Made by a program: the position numbers and the translations under genes
Shown: positions 18,582 to 27,776 of the stretch, one piece after another
Layout of the letters: the number at the start of each line of letters is the position of its first letter
Position numbering within the stretch: the first letter of the stretch is position 1
Notes under the pieces: generated by a model
What the model saw: only the letters and a program-made list of their open reading frames with translations
What the model was told of the DNA's origin: nothing
Databases searched by the model: none
Assembly (NCBI GenBank): GCA_965657355.1
Contig: CBFHOE010000004.1
Location: 129,160-193,159 of the forward strand
Reading direction: 5' to 3'
Length of the DNA stretch: 64,000 bases
Source: Limisphaerales bacterium
GTDB lineage: Bacteria > Verrucomicrobiota > Verrucomicrobiia > Limisphaerales > JAJOIW01

Positions 18582-18625
18582 TTACTGGTGATACTTATGT
18601 TTAAATTTAAGTTGTTGGTATTATA

Positions 18626-19558
18626 TTAATTATTTTGTGGAAGGCCTTCAGTGTGACCTAGGTTTTTGACCGGCGCTAGAAGCTCCAGAACTTCTTGGAC
18701 AAGCTCTTGGTCTATTGGTTCGCTGGCCCACTGCGCCCAATTGCGGATATTATTTGGATTCGCAGAACCGGCAATTGTAGTTGTGATGTCTTCATTGCTG
18801 AAAATGGAATATTGGAGGGCTAGTTTGGCAATGTCTACCCCCTTTGATTGACAATACTCCGCTACCTTTTTACACGTCGCCTTTACTTCTGCTGGCTCTT
18901 TGTGCCACTCTGGTAAAATCGAATTGGTCAACAATCGTGCTGCGAACGGCCCGGCATTCATGATCCCAACACCTTTCTCTTTGAAGTAAGGAACAAGATC
19001 ACCAAGTTTCGTATTCTGCAATGTATACTGATTGTAGGACAAGATCACGTCGACTTCAATTTGGTCTAATATGAAAGGGAATATCTTCATAGGATATCCT
19101 GAAAACCCAATATATTTTACTTTCCCTTGTTCTTTTGCTTTCAGCATGGCTGGAATTGTTTCGTCCACGATCTGCTGCATCTCCACAAATTCTATGTCAT
19201 GGGCGAGAATGATATCTAAGTGGTTAACCCCGAGTCGATGGAGACTGACGTCAATACTCTCCTGAACTCGCTTTGCTGAAAAATCAAAGTGTTGCAGATC
19301 ATATCTCCCCAGTTTTGTGCACAAAGAATAACTTTCCCTTGGAACGTCTCGGAGGGCGACACCTAACAGGACTTCAGACATCCCTCTGCCATAAAACGGC
19401 GAAGTATCTATGAAATTCATCCCTAAATCTAATGCCACCCTGACGGATTCCATGGCTTCATTCAAAGTGACAGACCTGAATTCCTGGCCCAGGGAAGATG
19501 CCCCAAATCCGACTACTGGGATTTCAAGGTCTGTTTTGCCTAATTTCCTTTTATTCAT
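18626..19558 (-). CDS. Aldo/keto reductase (aldose 1-dehydrogenase-like, L-galactose/L-fucose dehydrogenase type)
   Basis: 310-aa ORF. Motifs: LGKTDLEIPVVGFGASSLG, NFIDTSPFYGRG and HLDIILAHDIEF. Overall it resembles AKR-type L-galactose dehydrogenases. Confidence 0.7.
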   Translation of the reverse strand: MNKRKLGKTDLEIPVVGFGASSLGQEFRSVTLNEAMESVRVALDLGMNFIDTSPFYGRGMSEVLLGVALRDVPRESYSLCTKLGRYDLQHFDFSAKRVQESIDVSLHRLGVNHLDIILAHDIEFVEMQQIVDETIPAMLKAKEQGKVKYIGFSGYPMKIFPFILDQIEVDVILSYNQYTLQNTKLGDLVPYFKEKGVGIMNAGPFAARLLTNSILPEWHKEPAEVKATCKKVAEYCQSKGVDIAKLALQYSIFSNEDITTTIAGSANPNNIRNWAQWASEPIDQELVQEVLELLAPVKNLGHTEGLPQNN

Positions 19559-19579
19559 AAAATTTTATACGATTAGGAA

Positions 19580-20488
19580 TTATTTGAGATATGTTCTAAA
19601 TGCTTCGATCGTTTTTTTAGCTGCGGTTTTTGAATCCGGAACTGGGAATGCTTCGGCAGATGCATAGCCAGAATATCCAATCTTTTTTAATGCGGCGCCG
19701 ATAGGGAGGAAATCGGTGTGTCCGAGCCCTGTTGCTTTTCGGTTTGAATCTACGAAGTGGACATGCCCTACAAATTCTTTAGCATCTTCCAGTGCTTGCG
19801 CCACGTTAGTTTCTTCTATGTTCATATGAAAGAGGTCACAGAGAAGCTTTACATTTTCTATACCGTTTTGTTTTAAGAATTCGATGGCGGAACCGGTTGT
19901 ATTGAATAAGTTTGTTTCATACCTGTTAAGTGGTTCGTAAAGAAAACAAGTGCCACACTCTTGGGCGAATTTTCCAAGTTCTTTGAGGGCTGCCGTCAAA
20001 TATTCCAATGCTACAGGTTTGGGCACAACAGTATCCCAGCGCCCTTGCATCGATCCCAAAATCGCTGGAGCCCCATAAACGGAACCAGCCTCGATAATTC
20101 CTTTTATAAAATCAATAGAATGCTCTCTTTTTTGGGGGTCTGAGTCGCATAGTTGCCATTTATTCTTTACCCATCCCCCCCCGGTTCCGACAGCAGAAAG
20201 AGAGAGGTCCAATTCGGTCAATGTTTCCTTGATTGGAAGGGATTTAATGACTTCAGCGGAGGGCGCAAATAATTCCACGGAATCAAAACCTAATTCTTTA
20301 GCCGTTCTGCAACTAGCTTCCCATCCGTCCCAGAAGACAAAAGGTCCGCCTTTTGCCTCCTCCACCAAAGATATTGTAATGCTGGATTTTATCACTTTTT
20401 GAAAAATTATGTGTGTCTGACAATAATAAGGTAATGGAAACATGTCCATGAAACTATGAGGCTCTTGACTTGCTGCATGCCTGGACAT
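19580..20488 (-). CDS. Sugar phosphate isomerase/epimerase (xylose isomerase-like TIM barrel)
   Basis: 302-aa ORF. Motifs: GFDSVELF, YEPLNRYETN, DLFHMNIEE and GHVHFVDSNR (metal-binding pattern of the AP-endonuclease-2/TIM family). The true start may be the internal Met at 20449 or 20443, because only 31 bp separate 20488 from the divergent GNAT gene. Confidence 0.7.
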   Translation of the reverse strand: MSRHAASQEPHSFMDMFPLPYYCQTHIIFQKVIKSSITISLVEEAKGGPFVFWDGWEASCRTAKELGFDSVELFAPSAEVIKSLPIKETLTELDLSLSAVGTGGGWVKNKWQLCDSDPQKREHSIDFIKGIIEAGSVYGAPAILGSMQGRWDTVVPKPVALEYLTAALKELGKFAQECGTCFLYEPLNRYETNLFNTTGSAIEFLKQNGIENVKLLCDLFHMNIEETNVAQALEDAKEFVGHVHFVDSNRKATGLGHTDFLPIGAALKKIGYSGYASAEAFPVPDSKTAAKKTIEAFRTYLK

Positions 20489-20519
20489 TTTTGGAATAGC
20501 TGGATAATGTCAGCACCTC

Positions 20520-21002
20520 ATGGTATTTGAATATGTCAAAGCAGATTTAAGAGTTCAATCTCATGCATCAGCGGTTGTTGAAATGGTAAATTCTCTTGCT
20601 GAAGATGAGATAAGTGGTTGCCAGCCTCTTGACGAACGAACAAGGCAGCAACTTATTCCCGCTCTGAGAAAGTATCCAAATAGTTTTACCATTCTTTCAT
20701 TCGTGGATGGCAAAACTGCCGGAATGTCTCTGTGTTTCGAATCTCTCTCTTCATTCAAAGCCCGCCCCATAGTCAACATTCATGATTTTGTTGTAAAAAA
20801 AGAATTTCGTGGCCTGGGAATAGCAAATGGGTTACTCAAGGCAACTGAAAAGGAGGCTAAAGAACGCAAGGCATGTAAATTAACCTTGGAAGTATTAGAG
20901 GGAAATACACTGGCTCGAAAGATTTACACCAAATACGGTTTCTGTGGATACGAATTGGACCCAAATAACGGCAAGGCTCTTTTTTGGGAAAAATCCCTAT
21001 AG
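20520..21002 (+). CDS. GNAT-family N-acetyltransferase
   Basis: 160-aa ORF. It carries the acetyl-CoA motif FVVKKEFRGLGIANGLL and YTKYGF near the C-terminus. Confidence 0.8.
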   Translation: MVFEYVKADLRVQSHASAVVEMVNSLAEDEISGCQPLDERTRQQLIPALRKYPNSFTILSFVDGKTAGMSLCFESLSSFKARPIVNIHDFVVKKEFRGLGIANGLLKATEKEAKERKACKLTLEVLEGNTLARKIYTKYGFCGYELDPNNGKALFWEKSL

Positions 21003-21026
21003 CCCGGCTCATACCGATTCGTTGGT

Positions 21027-22601
21027 TTATCCTCTAAGGGGTAATTCAAAATAAACTGTTTTCACAATACCTCCTAACTTGAATTGGACAAACGTCCTGT
21101 AGATGCCGTCCTTAGGAGGCAAATAAGGGAAAACAATCTCCCCTTTGTTCTTTGATGCATCTACCTTTTTCCATGCCATCAGACTTTCCTCCACAGTCGG
21201 TAGCTCGCAAATAGGCTCCGCAGTTCCGGTCTTTCTGGGCGCTTCGCCAGTATCTCTTAGCTCAGCTAACTTAGCTGCAGCCATGGATATGTTTCCCGTT
21301 GGGTGCAAGTGCGTATAGACCGTTCCCTCCTTGTTAATCACAATGGCATGGCCAGACATCCCGAGATAAAGCTCAGGGTCTATTGGCTGTCCTGATGGAT
21401 CCAATAGCTGAAAAGTGAGTTGATTCGATGGGTCATTTAAGTTTCTACCAACCCATTCAAGGTCGAAATCAGGGTTTTCCCATTTGGTCATTGTTGATGC
21501 GGTACTGGATTTTTCGAGCTGAAAAAAACTATCATCCACATCAATGGATTTGGAATTTTTACGAACCCATGCCGCCTCTGCTTCTCCCAATCTATCGATT
21601 GTTTTTAAATTTTCCTCAATTTTGATGGTTCCCAATAACGTTTGACTAAAGCCTGTCTCTTGAGAGATATCGATGAATAATTGGTAATCACCTTGAGGGA
21701 TATCATTATTAAAAAAAGACCAAAACACTTCTTTGTTAAATTTACTTGGATGGAGGTGTGCCGCATAGACCAATGATTTTTCGGTGTATTTATTGACCAC
21801 GAAGGCATGCATTATCTTTCCATGATCAGAAATAATAGGTCCATTCCGATATAATTTGTCTCCTGGAGCTTGAATCCTTAGCCCGAGTGTGTGCGGTGCA
21901 TCCTCCAGTTTGAAAATATCTGATTTGGCTTGTATTGGTTTAAAAAGCCTATTGCTTTTGTAATTTTCTTCCTCCTGATTCCACCATTGCTTTCCAAAAA
22001 AAAGCGCATAACCAATAATTCCTGAAAAAACAAAGGTAACCAAATTCGCGGCATAAATTGCTCTTCTGCCAGGTGACTTGTTTTTTCCAAGCGTCGAAAA
22101 GGCTACAGTTTGTCTGATAATTGCCAGGAGAAAGATAACAAGGAAAATGAGAAAACCGAAAAGAAGCATTTGAATGGGTAGACTCATTGTCGGAGTGTTT
22201 GTTGCAATAGATGAATATGGGACGTAAGCGGTATCCTCTCCATTTTTACTTTTTGCTGTAATGTTAATCGAGTAAGCACTTCCTGTCATGATCCAGAGCT
22301 CTGACTCGTAGAGACCTGGCTCGCCTTTGACTGGAACGGCAATGTCGGGGGGAGGAGATCCTTGTTTGCCCAATGACCAATGAAGTGGTTGAACGGATAC
22401 AGAGTCGAGTTCAAAGTCTTTTTCGAATCGTATGAAAATCCTTGCAATGCCAGGAATGACACTTGGTTTTTTCACCGTTATCCTCGCGGGATATTGGCCT
22501 ATTAAGGTTTGTTGAATAATATTTTTCTGCCCAAGATGGCCGTGGGCGATCATTGGTAGGAAAGCTAAAATATAAACTAATATGGGTGCGTTAAATTTCA
22601 T
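21027..22601 (-). CDS. Exported bitopic protein of unknown function (signal peptide, N-terminal periplasmic domain, two TM helices, tandem C-terminal HLHP-motif domains)
   Basis: I chose the internal ATG at 22601 (MKFNAPILVYILAFLPMIAHGHLG, signal-peptide-like) because the longer track ORF overlaps the upstream gene by 157 nt. Two hydrophobic helices flank a basic loop, GKNKSPGRRA. Two C-terminal repeats carry GKIMHAFVV...AAHLHP and GMSGHAIVI...YTHLHP. Confidence 0.6.
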   Translation of the reverse strand: MKFNAPILVYILAFLPMIAHGHLGQKNIIQQTLIGQYPARITVKKPSVIPGIARIFIRFEKDFELDSVSVQPLHWSLGKQGSPPPDIAVPVKGEPGLYESELWIMTGSAYSINITAKSKNGEDTAYVPYSSIATNTPTMSLPIQMLLFGFLIFLVIFLLAIIRQTVAFSTLGKNKSPGRRAIYAANLVTFVFSGIIGYALFFGKQWWNQEEENYKSNRLFKPIQAKSDIFKLEDAPHTLGLRIQAPGDKLYRNGPIISDHGKIMHAFVVNKYTEKSLVYAAHLHPSKFNKEVFWSFFNNDIPQGDYQLFIDISQETGFSQTLLGTIKIEENLKTIDRLGEAEAAWVRKNSKSIDVDDSFFQLEKSSTASTMTKWENPDFDLEWVGRNLNDPSNQLTFQLLDPSGQPIDPELYLGMSGHAIVINKEGTVYTHLHPTGNISMAAAKLAELRDTGEAPRKTGTAEPICELPTVEESLMAWKKVDASKNKGEIVFPYLPPKDGIYRTFVQFKLGGIVKTVYFELPLRG

Positions 22602-22624
22602 CAATTTGATAAATAAATACAATT

Positions 22625-23845
22625 TCAGCGTCGTATTCTCCCCATCCACAGGCCTGCAAGAATAGCGAGTAAGCAAGATCCAAAGGCATAGTAAAAAAGG
22701 TATTGGTGTTGGCCGAGATCCTCTACCGCGGTGTTCCAAAAACGATAACTCCAAGGGCCTAATGTTTCCTGGTAACCCCAATGTTTATGTGTTGCAAAAA
22801 ACCAATTTTGAGCTGATTCAGAGAGTAGAAAAGAACCGAAATGATATTGGGTATAAAAAAAAGTTACTGTAAAAAAAAGTGGTGCCAACAATATAATAAT
22901 CACATTGGATAAAAAGGGGTTGGCTTTTTCGAGGGAAAATCTAATCAAGTCCAAAGCTAAACCAGGTATTATCAAGAGTAATGGAAATGGCAGTGGAACA
23001 AAATGATCAACGGGGTTGTTGATGGGAGCCAACATGGGCTGCGCCTTGAAGAGAGGAAGTATCCAGACCGATAGACAAATGAGAAACATATAGATACCTC
23101 CTATTGCTGTTCCCGCCCATCTCCATTTGGTAGCTTTGGCGATTCCCAATAAATAAAAAGGGTAAGTCGCACATGAAACGATAAAAAAGGTTTTTGATCG
23201 GTATTGGTTTGGCCAGCTAAGCTCTATCAGAACAGTGCCTGCCATGGCGAGGAGGATTCCTCCCCCCATAACCATTAGCCAAGGTGATCTTTTTAAACCT
23301 ATTCCGGTTTCGCTATTCGAATTGTTCCAATCTTTAGCGAGCAGTAATAAACCCCCAAAAACAACGCAAAACATTCCCAAAGCCAAGACCATGTGCGGTG
23401 GACTAAGAATTTTAACGTCGATTCCGTACGCGTTGTGCCACCAATCATCAAATGGCGCCGATGCTAGCATTGCCATATTTCCAAAAAGGCATACCCAAGC
23501 GCCCGTTGGCGCTCTAAGTGGGCCGATTGGAATGGAAGTTCGATATTCATTTGACGACTTAATAAATGAAGATCTCAAAATGAGGTAACCCGAGACGACA
23601 CCACCAACAATACCTCCGATATGAATAGCTATGTGAGCTGGAGTCCAGAATGTATCTCGCCCGATACTTCTGTGCCAACTGATATCCCATAAAATTCCGA
23701 TAATAATACTAAGTGATCCCAATATGATAGCGTAGCAATACCAGGGTGAACTACTGTCATGCCCGGGCTTTGCGCTTTCGCATTCGGTCCGATTATTCAT
23801 ATTAGTCAGATGAGCGTTTGTTATTGAATCGGATTTGCTTTGCAT
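22625..23845 (-). CDS. Polytopic (~10 TM) membrane protein of unknown function with paired W/H motifs
   Basis: 406-aa ORF with about 10 hydrophobic helices. Motifs WDISWHRSIGRDTFWTPAHIAIHIGG and FDDWWHNAYGIDVKILSPPH lie at helix ends. I recognise no family. Confidence 0.6.
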   Translation of the reverse strand: MQSKSDSITNAHLTNMNNRTECESAKPGHDSSSPWYCYAIILGSLSIIIGILWDISWHRSIGRDTFWTPAHIAIHIGGIVGGVVSGYLILRSSFIKSSNEYRTSIPIGPLRAPTGAWVCLFGNMAMLASAPFDDWWHNAYGIDVKILSPPHMVLALGMFCVVFGGLLLLAKDWNNSNSETGIGLKRSPWLMVMGGGILLAMAGTVLIELSWPNQYRSKTFFIVSCATYPFYLLGIAKATKWRWAGTAIGGIYMFLICLSVWILPLFKAQPMLAPINNPVDHFVPLPFPLLLIIPGLALDLIRFSLEKANPFLSNVIIILLAPLFFTVTFFYTQYHFGSFLLSESAQNWFFATHKHWGYQETLGPWSYRFWNTAVEDLGQHQYLFYYAFGSCLLAILAGLWMGRIRR

Positions 23846-23903
23846 GAAAACCTATTAATGAGGAATATTATACAGCAGTTCGTTCTACTGCCTTTGATAT
23901 TCT

Positions 23904-26465
23904 ATGAAAGCCGACATCGCTAGTCCATCAAGTTCTTTTCATAAACATTCAGCTGAAAGAGTGCCAGAGGTGCTTTCCCCGGCAGGGAATTGGGAATGTG
24001 CTAAGGCCGCAATCGAAAATGGTGCTGATGCCATTTATTTTGGGTTAGATCAATTCAATGCAAGGATGAGGGCTGACAACTTCAGCTTGGCTGAATTACC
24101 GCATCTCATGAATTTATTGCATGAGAGAGGCGTTCGCGGATACGTCACATTCAATACCTTGGTTTTCACCAATGAACTTGAGGAGGTAAAGAATTTTTTG
24201 ACAAAAATTATTCAAAGCCGGGTAGATGCCGTCATTGTGCAGGACGTTGGTGTTTGTCGCCTGATAAGAAAGATTTCAAAAAATTTTCCTATTCATATAT
24301 CAACCCAAATGACGGTAACAAGTGAGGCTGGAATAAGGTTTGCTAAAGAACTGGAGGCACAACTCGTCGTTATTGCACGTGAAAACTCACTAGATGATAT
24401 AGAGAAGATACAGGCCAATTTAGATAATAAAACAAGTTTACCCATCGAGACATTCGTTCATGGGGCTTTATGTGTGGCCTACTCTGGTCAGTGTTTGACG
24501 AGCGAGGCATTGGGAGGGCGGTCTGCCAATCGAGGTGAATGTGCTCAAGCCTGCAGAATGCAATACAAACTTATCGTGGACGAAAAAGAAATAGATTTGG
24601 GTGCAAAGCGATATTTGCTTAGTCCACAAGACCTTTCGGGATTAGAAGCCATACCGGATTTAGTTAAAGCCGGCGTGCACTCAATAAAGATCGAAGGGAG
24701 GCTTAAGTCTCCTGAGTATGTCGCAAACATCACTCGAGCATACCGACAGGCACTTGACAGAGCCCTTGGAAGAGATGTGGAAGAATCTGATAGCTTCGGG
24801 GATTCAAATTACGCCGTGGAAATGGCTTTTAGTCGTGGGCTTTATTCGGGATGGCTTAAAGGTATCGATAATCAAAAATTGGTTCACGCGCAATATGCAA
24901 AAAAAAGAGGGGTTTTTCTTGGAAACATAAAATTTGTCAAAGGCCAAACCATCTGGGTGCAACTCCATTCCGGCTTGTCCGTAAAGCCTGGTGATGGTTT
25001 AGTTTTTGAAAGTAATCAAATCGAGCAGGAGACAGAGCAGGGCGGGGCAGTCTATCGGGTCATCGAGAAAAACAACCTGATTGGATTGACGTTCGCCAAA
25101 AAGGAAAGCGGTGTTTCTGTGATTGATTTTAACTACTTAAAGACAGGAGGTAAATTTTGGAAAACACTCGACCCGGCGTTAGAAAAAAAAGTAAGGGCAA
25201 CGTTTGCTGGTGAAAAAATCCGATACAGGCGCCCTGTCGATTTTATTGTTTGTGGAGAGCCCGGACAAAAGCTTGGACTCAAAGCATTTGATCCGTTTTC
25301 GGGTCAGTTGGTTGAGGTTTTTAGCTCCATGGAACTCATCACTGCAAATGATAAGCCTCTTAATAAAGAATTACTTGAGCGTCAGCTTGGGCGACTTGGT
25401 CAAACTCCGTTTAAACTTAGGCGCTTAGACTGCCAACTTACCGGAGAATGTATGCTTCCAGTCAGCGAGCTTAATCATCTTAGGCGAAGTATAGTTTCAT
25501 TACTCGTAGAAAAAAGGCAAGGGGTGAATCAGTGGGATTGGGATGAATCAATAACCATTCCAGAAAGAAACGCATCAAATAAAGATTTACTACGGAAAAA
25601 GAAAGTTGAGTGGTCTGTTTTGATTAGAGCCGAATCCCAATTAGAGCCAGCCGTTACTAATGGGATACGCCGTATTTATTGCGACTTTGAAGACCCAAAG
25701 AAATATCGCGATGTCGTTAATCGTTTTCGAGAGATTTGTCCCGATGGTAAAATTTTCGTCTCGGCACCCCGAATCCACAAACCGGGTGAGGAATGGATAT
25801 TAAAAATTGTGAAGTCATCGCAGCCTGATGGCTTTTTATTAAGAAATTACGACCATTTGGAATATTTCTCGGAATCAGAGCGGGTAGGGGATTTTTCATT
25901 AAATATATCGAACCCATTAAGCGCTTCATTTTTCATTGAAAAGCACCAATTGTCCCGCATCACGGTTTCTTATGATCTCAATTTTGATCAAGTAATGGAC
26001 CTCGCTCAGACAATTGATACTAGTCATTTGGAAATTACCATACATCAAAGGATGCCGATGTTTCACATGGAGCATTGTGTTTTTTGTGCTTTCCTCTCCA
26101 GTGGAAAAGATTATCGGGATTGCGGCAGGCCATGCGAAAAACACCAAGTGGCCATGATTGATAGGGTGGGTGAAAAACATTATCTCAAAGCTGATGCCGG
26201 GTGTAGAAATACTCTTTACAACAGCCGTTTGCAGACAGGGGCAGAGAATTTTGATGAACTTATAAAATCGGGTATTTCAAATTATCGCATTGAGTTCCTT
26301 AATGAATCACCTGAACAAGTTAATAAAATTTTGAGCGCTTATTTTCAGCTTGAAAACAGTGAGATAACAGGTGAGGAGCTTTGGCGTGTCCTCAAAATCC
26401 AATCGCGCCTTGGTGTGACTAGGGGCCAGTTCAATCATCCCGATTCAAACCCTTGGCAGAAATAA
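23904..26465 (+). CDS. Long-form peptidase U32 family protein (DUF3656-type)
   Basis: 853-aa ORF. Motifs: PELLSPAGNWECAKAAIENGADAIYFG, ISTQMTV and the signature FVHGALCVAYSGQCLTSEALGGRSANRGECAQACR. A second Cys cluster lies near the C-terminus (EHCVFCAF...DCGRPCEKH...AGCRN). Confidence 0.85.
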   Translation: MKADIASPSSSFHKHSAERVPEVLSPAGNWECAKAAIENGADAIYFGLDQFNARMRADNFSLAELPHLMNLLHERGVRGYVTFNTLVFTNELEEVKNFLTKIIQSRVDAVIVQDVGVCRLIRKISKNFPIHISTQMTVTSEAGIRFAKELEAQLVVIARENSLDDIEKIQANLDNKTSLPIETFVHGALCVAYSGQCLTSEALGGRSANRGECAQACRMQYKLIVDEKEIDLGAKRYLLSPQDLSGLEAIPDLVKAGVHSIKIEGRLKSPEYVANITRAYRQALDRALGRDVEESDSFGDSNYAVEMAFSRGLYSGWLKGIDNQKLVHAQYAKKRGVFLGNIKFVKGQTIWVQLHSGLSVKPGDGLVFESNQIEQETEQGGAVYRVIEKNNLIGLTFAKKESGVSVIDFNYLKTGGKFWKTLDPALEKKVRATFAGEKIRYRRPVDFIVCGEPGQKLGLKAFDPFSGQLVEVFSSMELITANDKPLNKELLERQLGRLGQTPFKLRRLDCQLTGECMLPVSELNHLRRSIVSLLVEKRQGVNQWDWDESITIPERNASNKDLLRKKKVEWSVLIRAESQLEPAVTNGIRRIYCDFEDPKKYRDVVNRFREICPDGKIFVSAPRIHKPGEEWILKIVKSSQPDGFLLRNYDHLEYFSESERVGDFSLNISNPLSASFFIEKHQLSRITVSYDLNFDQVMDLAQTIDTSHLEITIHQRMPMFHMEHCVFCAFLSSGKDYRDCGRPCEKHQVAMIDRVGEKHYLKADAGCRNTLYNSRLQTGAENFDELIKSGISNYRIEFLNESPEQVNKILSAYFQLENSEITGEELWRVLKIQSRLGVTRGQFNHPDSNPWQK

Positions 26466-26556
26466 TGAATCCTCACGAATATCACTCCGAAAAATGAGAT
26501 ATCTCGTGAATGAATTGGCCATTGAACCTAACTGTGTTATCTCATATTCTTTTCCC

Positions 26557-27654
26557 ATGAGATCATTGCTTGGATCCCTAGTAAGCTGCGTCCTGACATT
26601 AATTTTTTGCAGTGCCTTATCAACCATGGGACAAACGCCAAAGTCCGCCTTCAATAAAGATCCCTGGCCTGAAAATAAGGAGGGGCCAATCAAGGTTTTT
26701 ATCCTAGCTGGCCAATCGAATATGCAAGGTCACGCATCCCTCAGGACTTTGGAATACCTCATCTATAATAAAGAAACAGCTCCAGACTACCAGCAGTGGA
26801 AAACGATGACCGGAGATTGGGCGAAACGCAGCGACGTATGGGTTTGGACGACTGATGGCAAAAGAGGGGGGAAACTCAAGCCAGGGTTTGGTGCTAATGA
26901 ATTTAAATTAGGCCCTGAGTTAGGGGCTGGCTGGGTTCTCGGTGAACATTTCGATGAGCAAGTTGCAATCATCAAGACCTGTTGGGGGGGGAGAAGTGTT
27001 AAAAAGGATTTTCTGCCACCAAGCGAACCAATGCCATCTGAAGAACTTTTAACTAAAGACCTGGAACGCATGCAAAAGAGGAATCCGTCCGCGACTCTTC
27101 AAGATGTCAAAGCTCCATATGGTCAGGCTTATCGTGATATGATATCTCACGTAAAAGCGATGATGGAGGCCCCTCAAGATTATTATCCCGATTACAACCC
27201 CGAAAAACCCAGGAAATTTGAAATTGTGGGTTTGATTTGGTTTCAAGGGTGGAATGATATGGTGGACGGTCAACAACGCTCGGAAGGTTATGTCAATTAT
27301 ACAAAACGACTTGGTTCACTCATCGAGGACGTGAGAAAAGATTTAAACGTCCCAGATCTGAAAGTTGTTATTGGCGAGTTAGGTGCCTCGAGCAGTATTG
27401 AGTTTCACAAAGCCCAGAAAAACGTCGCCTCACTTCCAAATCATAAAGGATCAACAATTTTTGTTGAAACTCGCAAATACTGGGATCCAAAACTCGAAGA
27501 GATGGTAAAAAACAATGTTTGGCAAAAAGAGAATTGGGTCGACTTTTATAACCATGGATCAGACCGCGGGTATCATTATCTCGGTAGTGCCAAAATGCAT
27601 TCTCAGATGGGCAAAGATTTTGGCTTTTCCATGATCGATTTGTTAAGTGATTAA
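26557..27654 (+). CDS. Secreted SASA-domain carbohydrate esterase (sialate O-acetylesterase-like)
   Basis: The start is set at ATG 26557 (MRSLLGSLVSCVLTLIFCSALS, signal-like). The track start at 26494 adds 21 non-signal residues. The nucleophile motif is VFILAGQSNMQGH, and WFQGWND lies in the later part of the domain. Confidence 0.7.
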   Translation: MRSLLGSLVSCVLTLIFCSALSTMGQTPKSAFNKDPWPENKEGPIKVFILAGQSNMQGHASLRTLEYLIYNKETAPDYQQWKTMTGDWAKRSDVWVWTTDGKRGGKLKPGFGANEFKLGPELGAGWVLGEHFDEQVAIIKTCWGGRSVKKDFLPPSEPMPSEELLTKDLERMQKRNPSATLQDVKAPYGQAYRDMISHVKAMMEAPQDYYPDYNPEKPRKFEIVGLIWFQGWNDMVDGQQRSEGYVNYTKRLGSLIEDVRKDLNVPDLKVVIGELGASSSIEFHKAQKNVASLPNHKGSTIFVETRKYWDPKLEEMVKNNVWQKENWVDFYNHGSDRGYHYLGSAKMHSQMGKDFGFSMIDLLSD

Positions 27655-27742
27655 GTTTTTGGCGATTAATCAACTCGATCTACCTCTCCGGGAAAGGAGT
27701 ATAACAGTGTTTTATATTATCACCTTGTGCTCTGGGAAATGT

Positions 27743-27776
27743 CATCGAATCATTAACCCGATTTAATGATTCGATG
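27743..27776. repeat. Perfect 14-bp inverted repeat (hairpin/palindrome) in a convergent intergenic region
   Basis: CATCGAATCATTAA (27743-27756) and TTAATGATTCGATG (27763-27776) are exact reverse complements separated by the 6-nt loop CCCGAT. No flanking T or A tract is present. Confidence 0.85.

Noticed and set aside
22602-22781. N-terminal 60-codon extension of the 21027-22781 track ORF.
   Set aside because: The extension overlaps the 3' end of the upstream gene by 157 nt and is not signal-like. The internal ATG at 22601 gives a clean signal peptide and a 23-nt intergenic gap.
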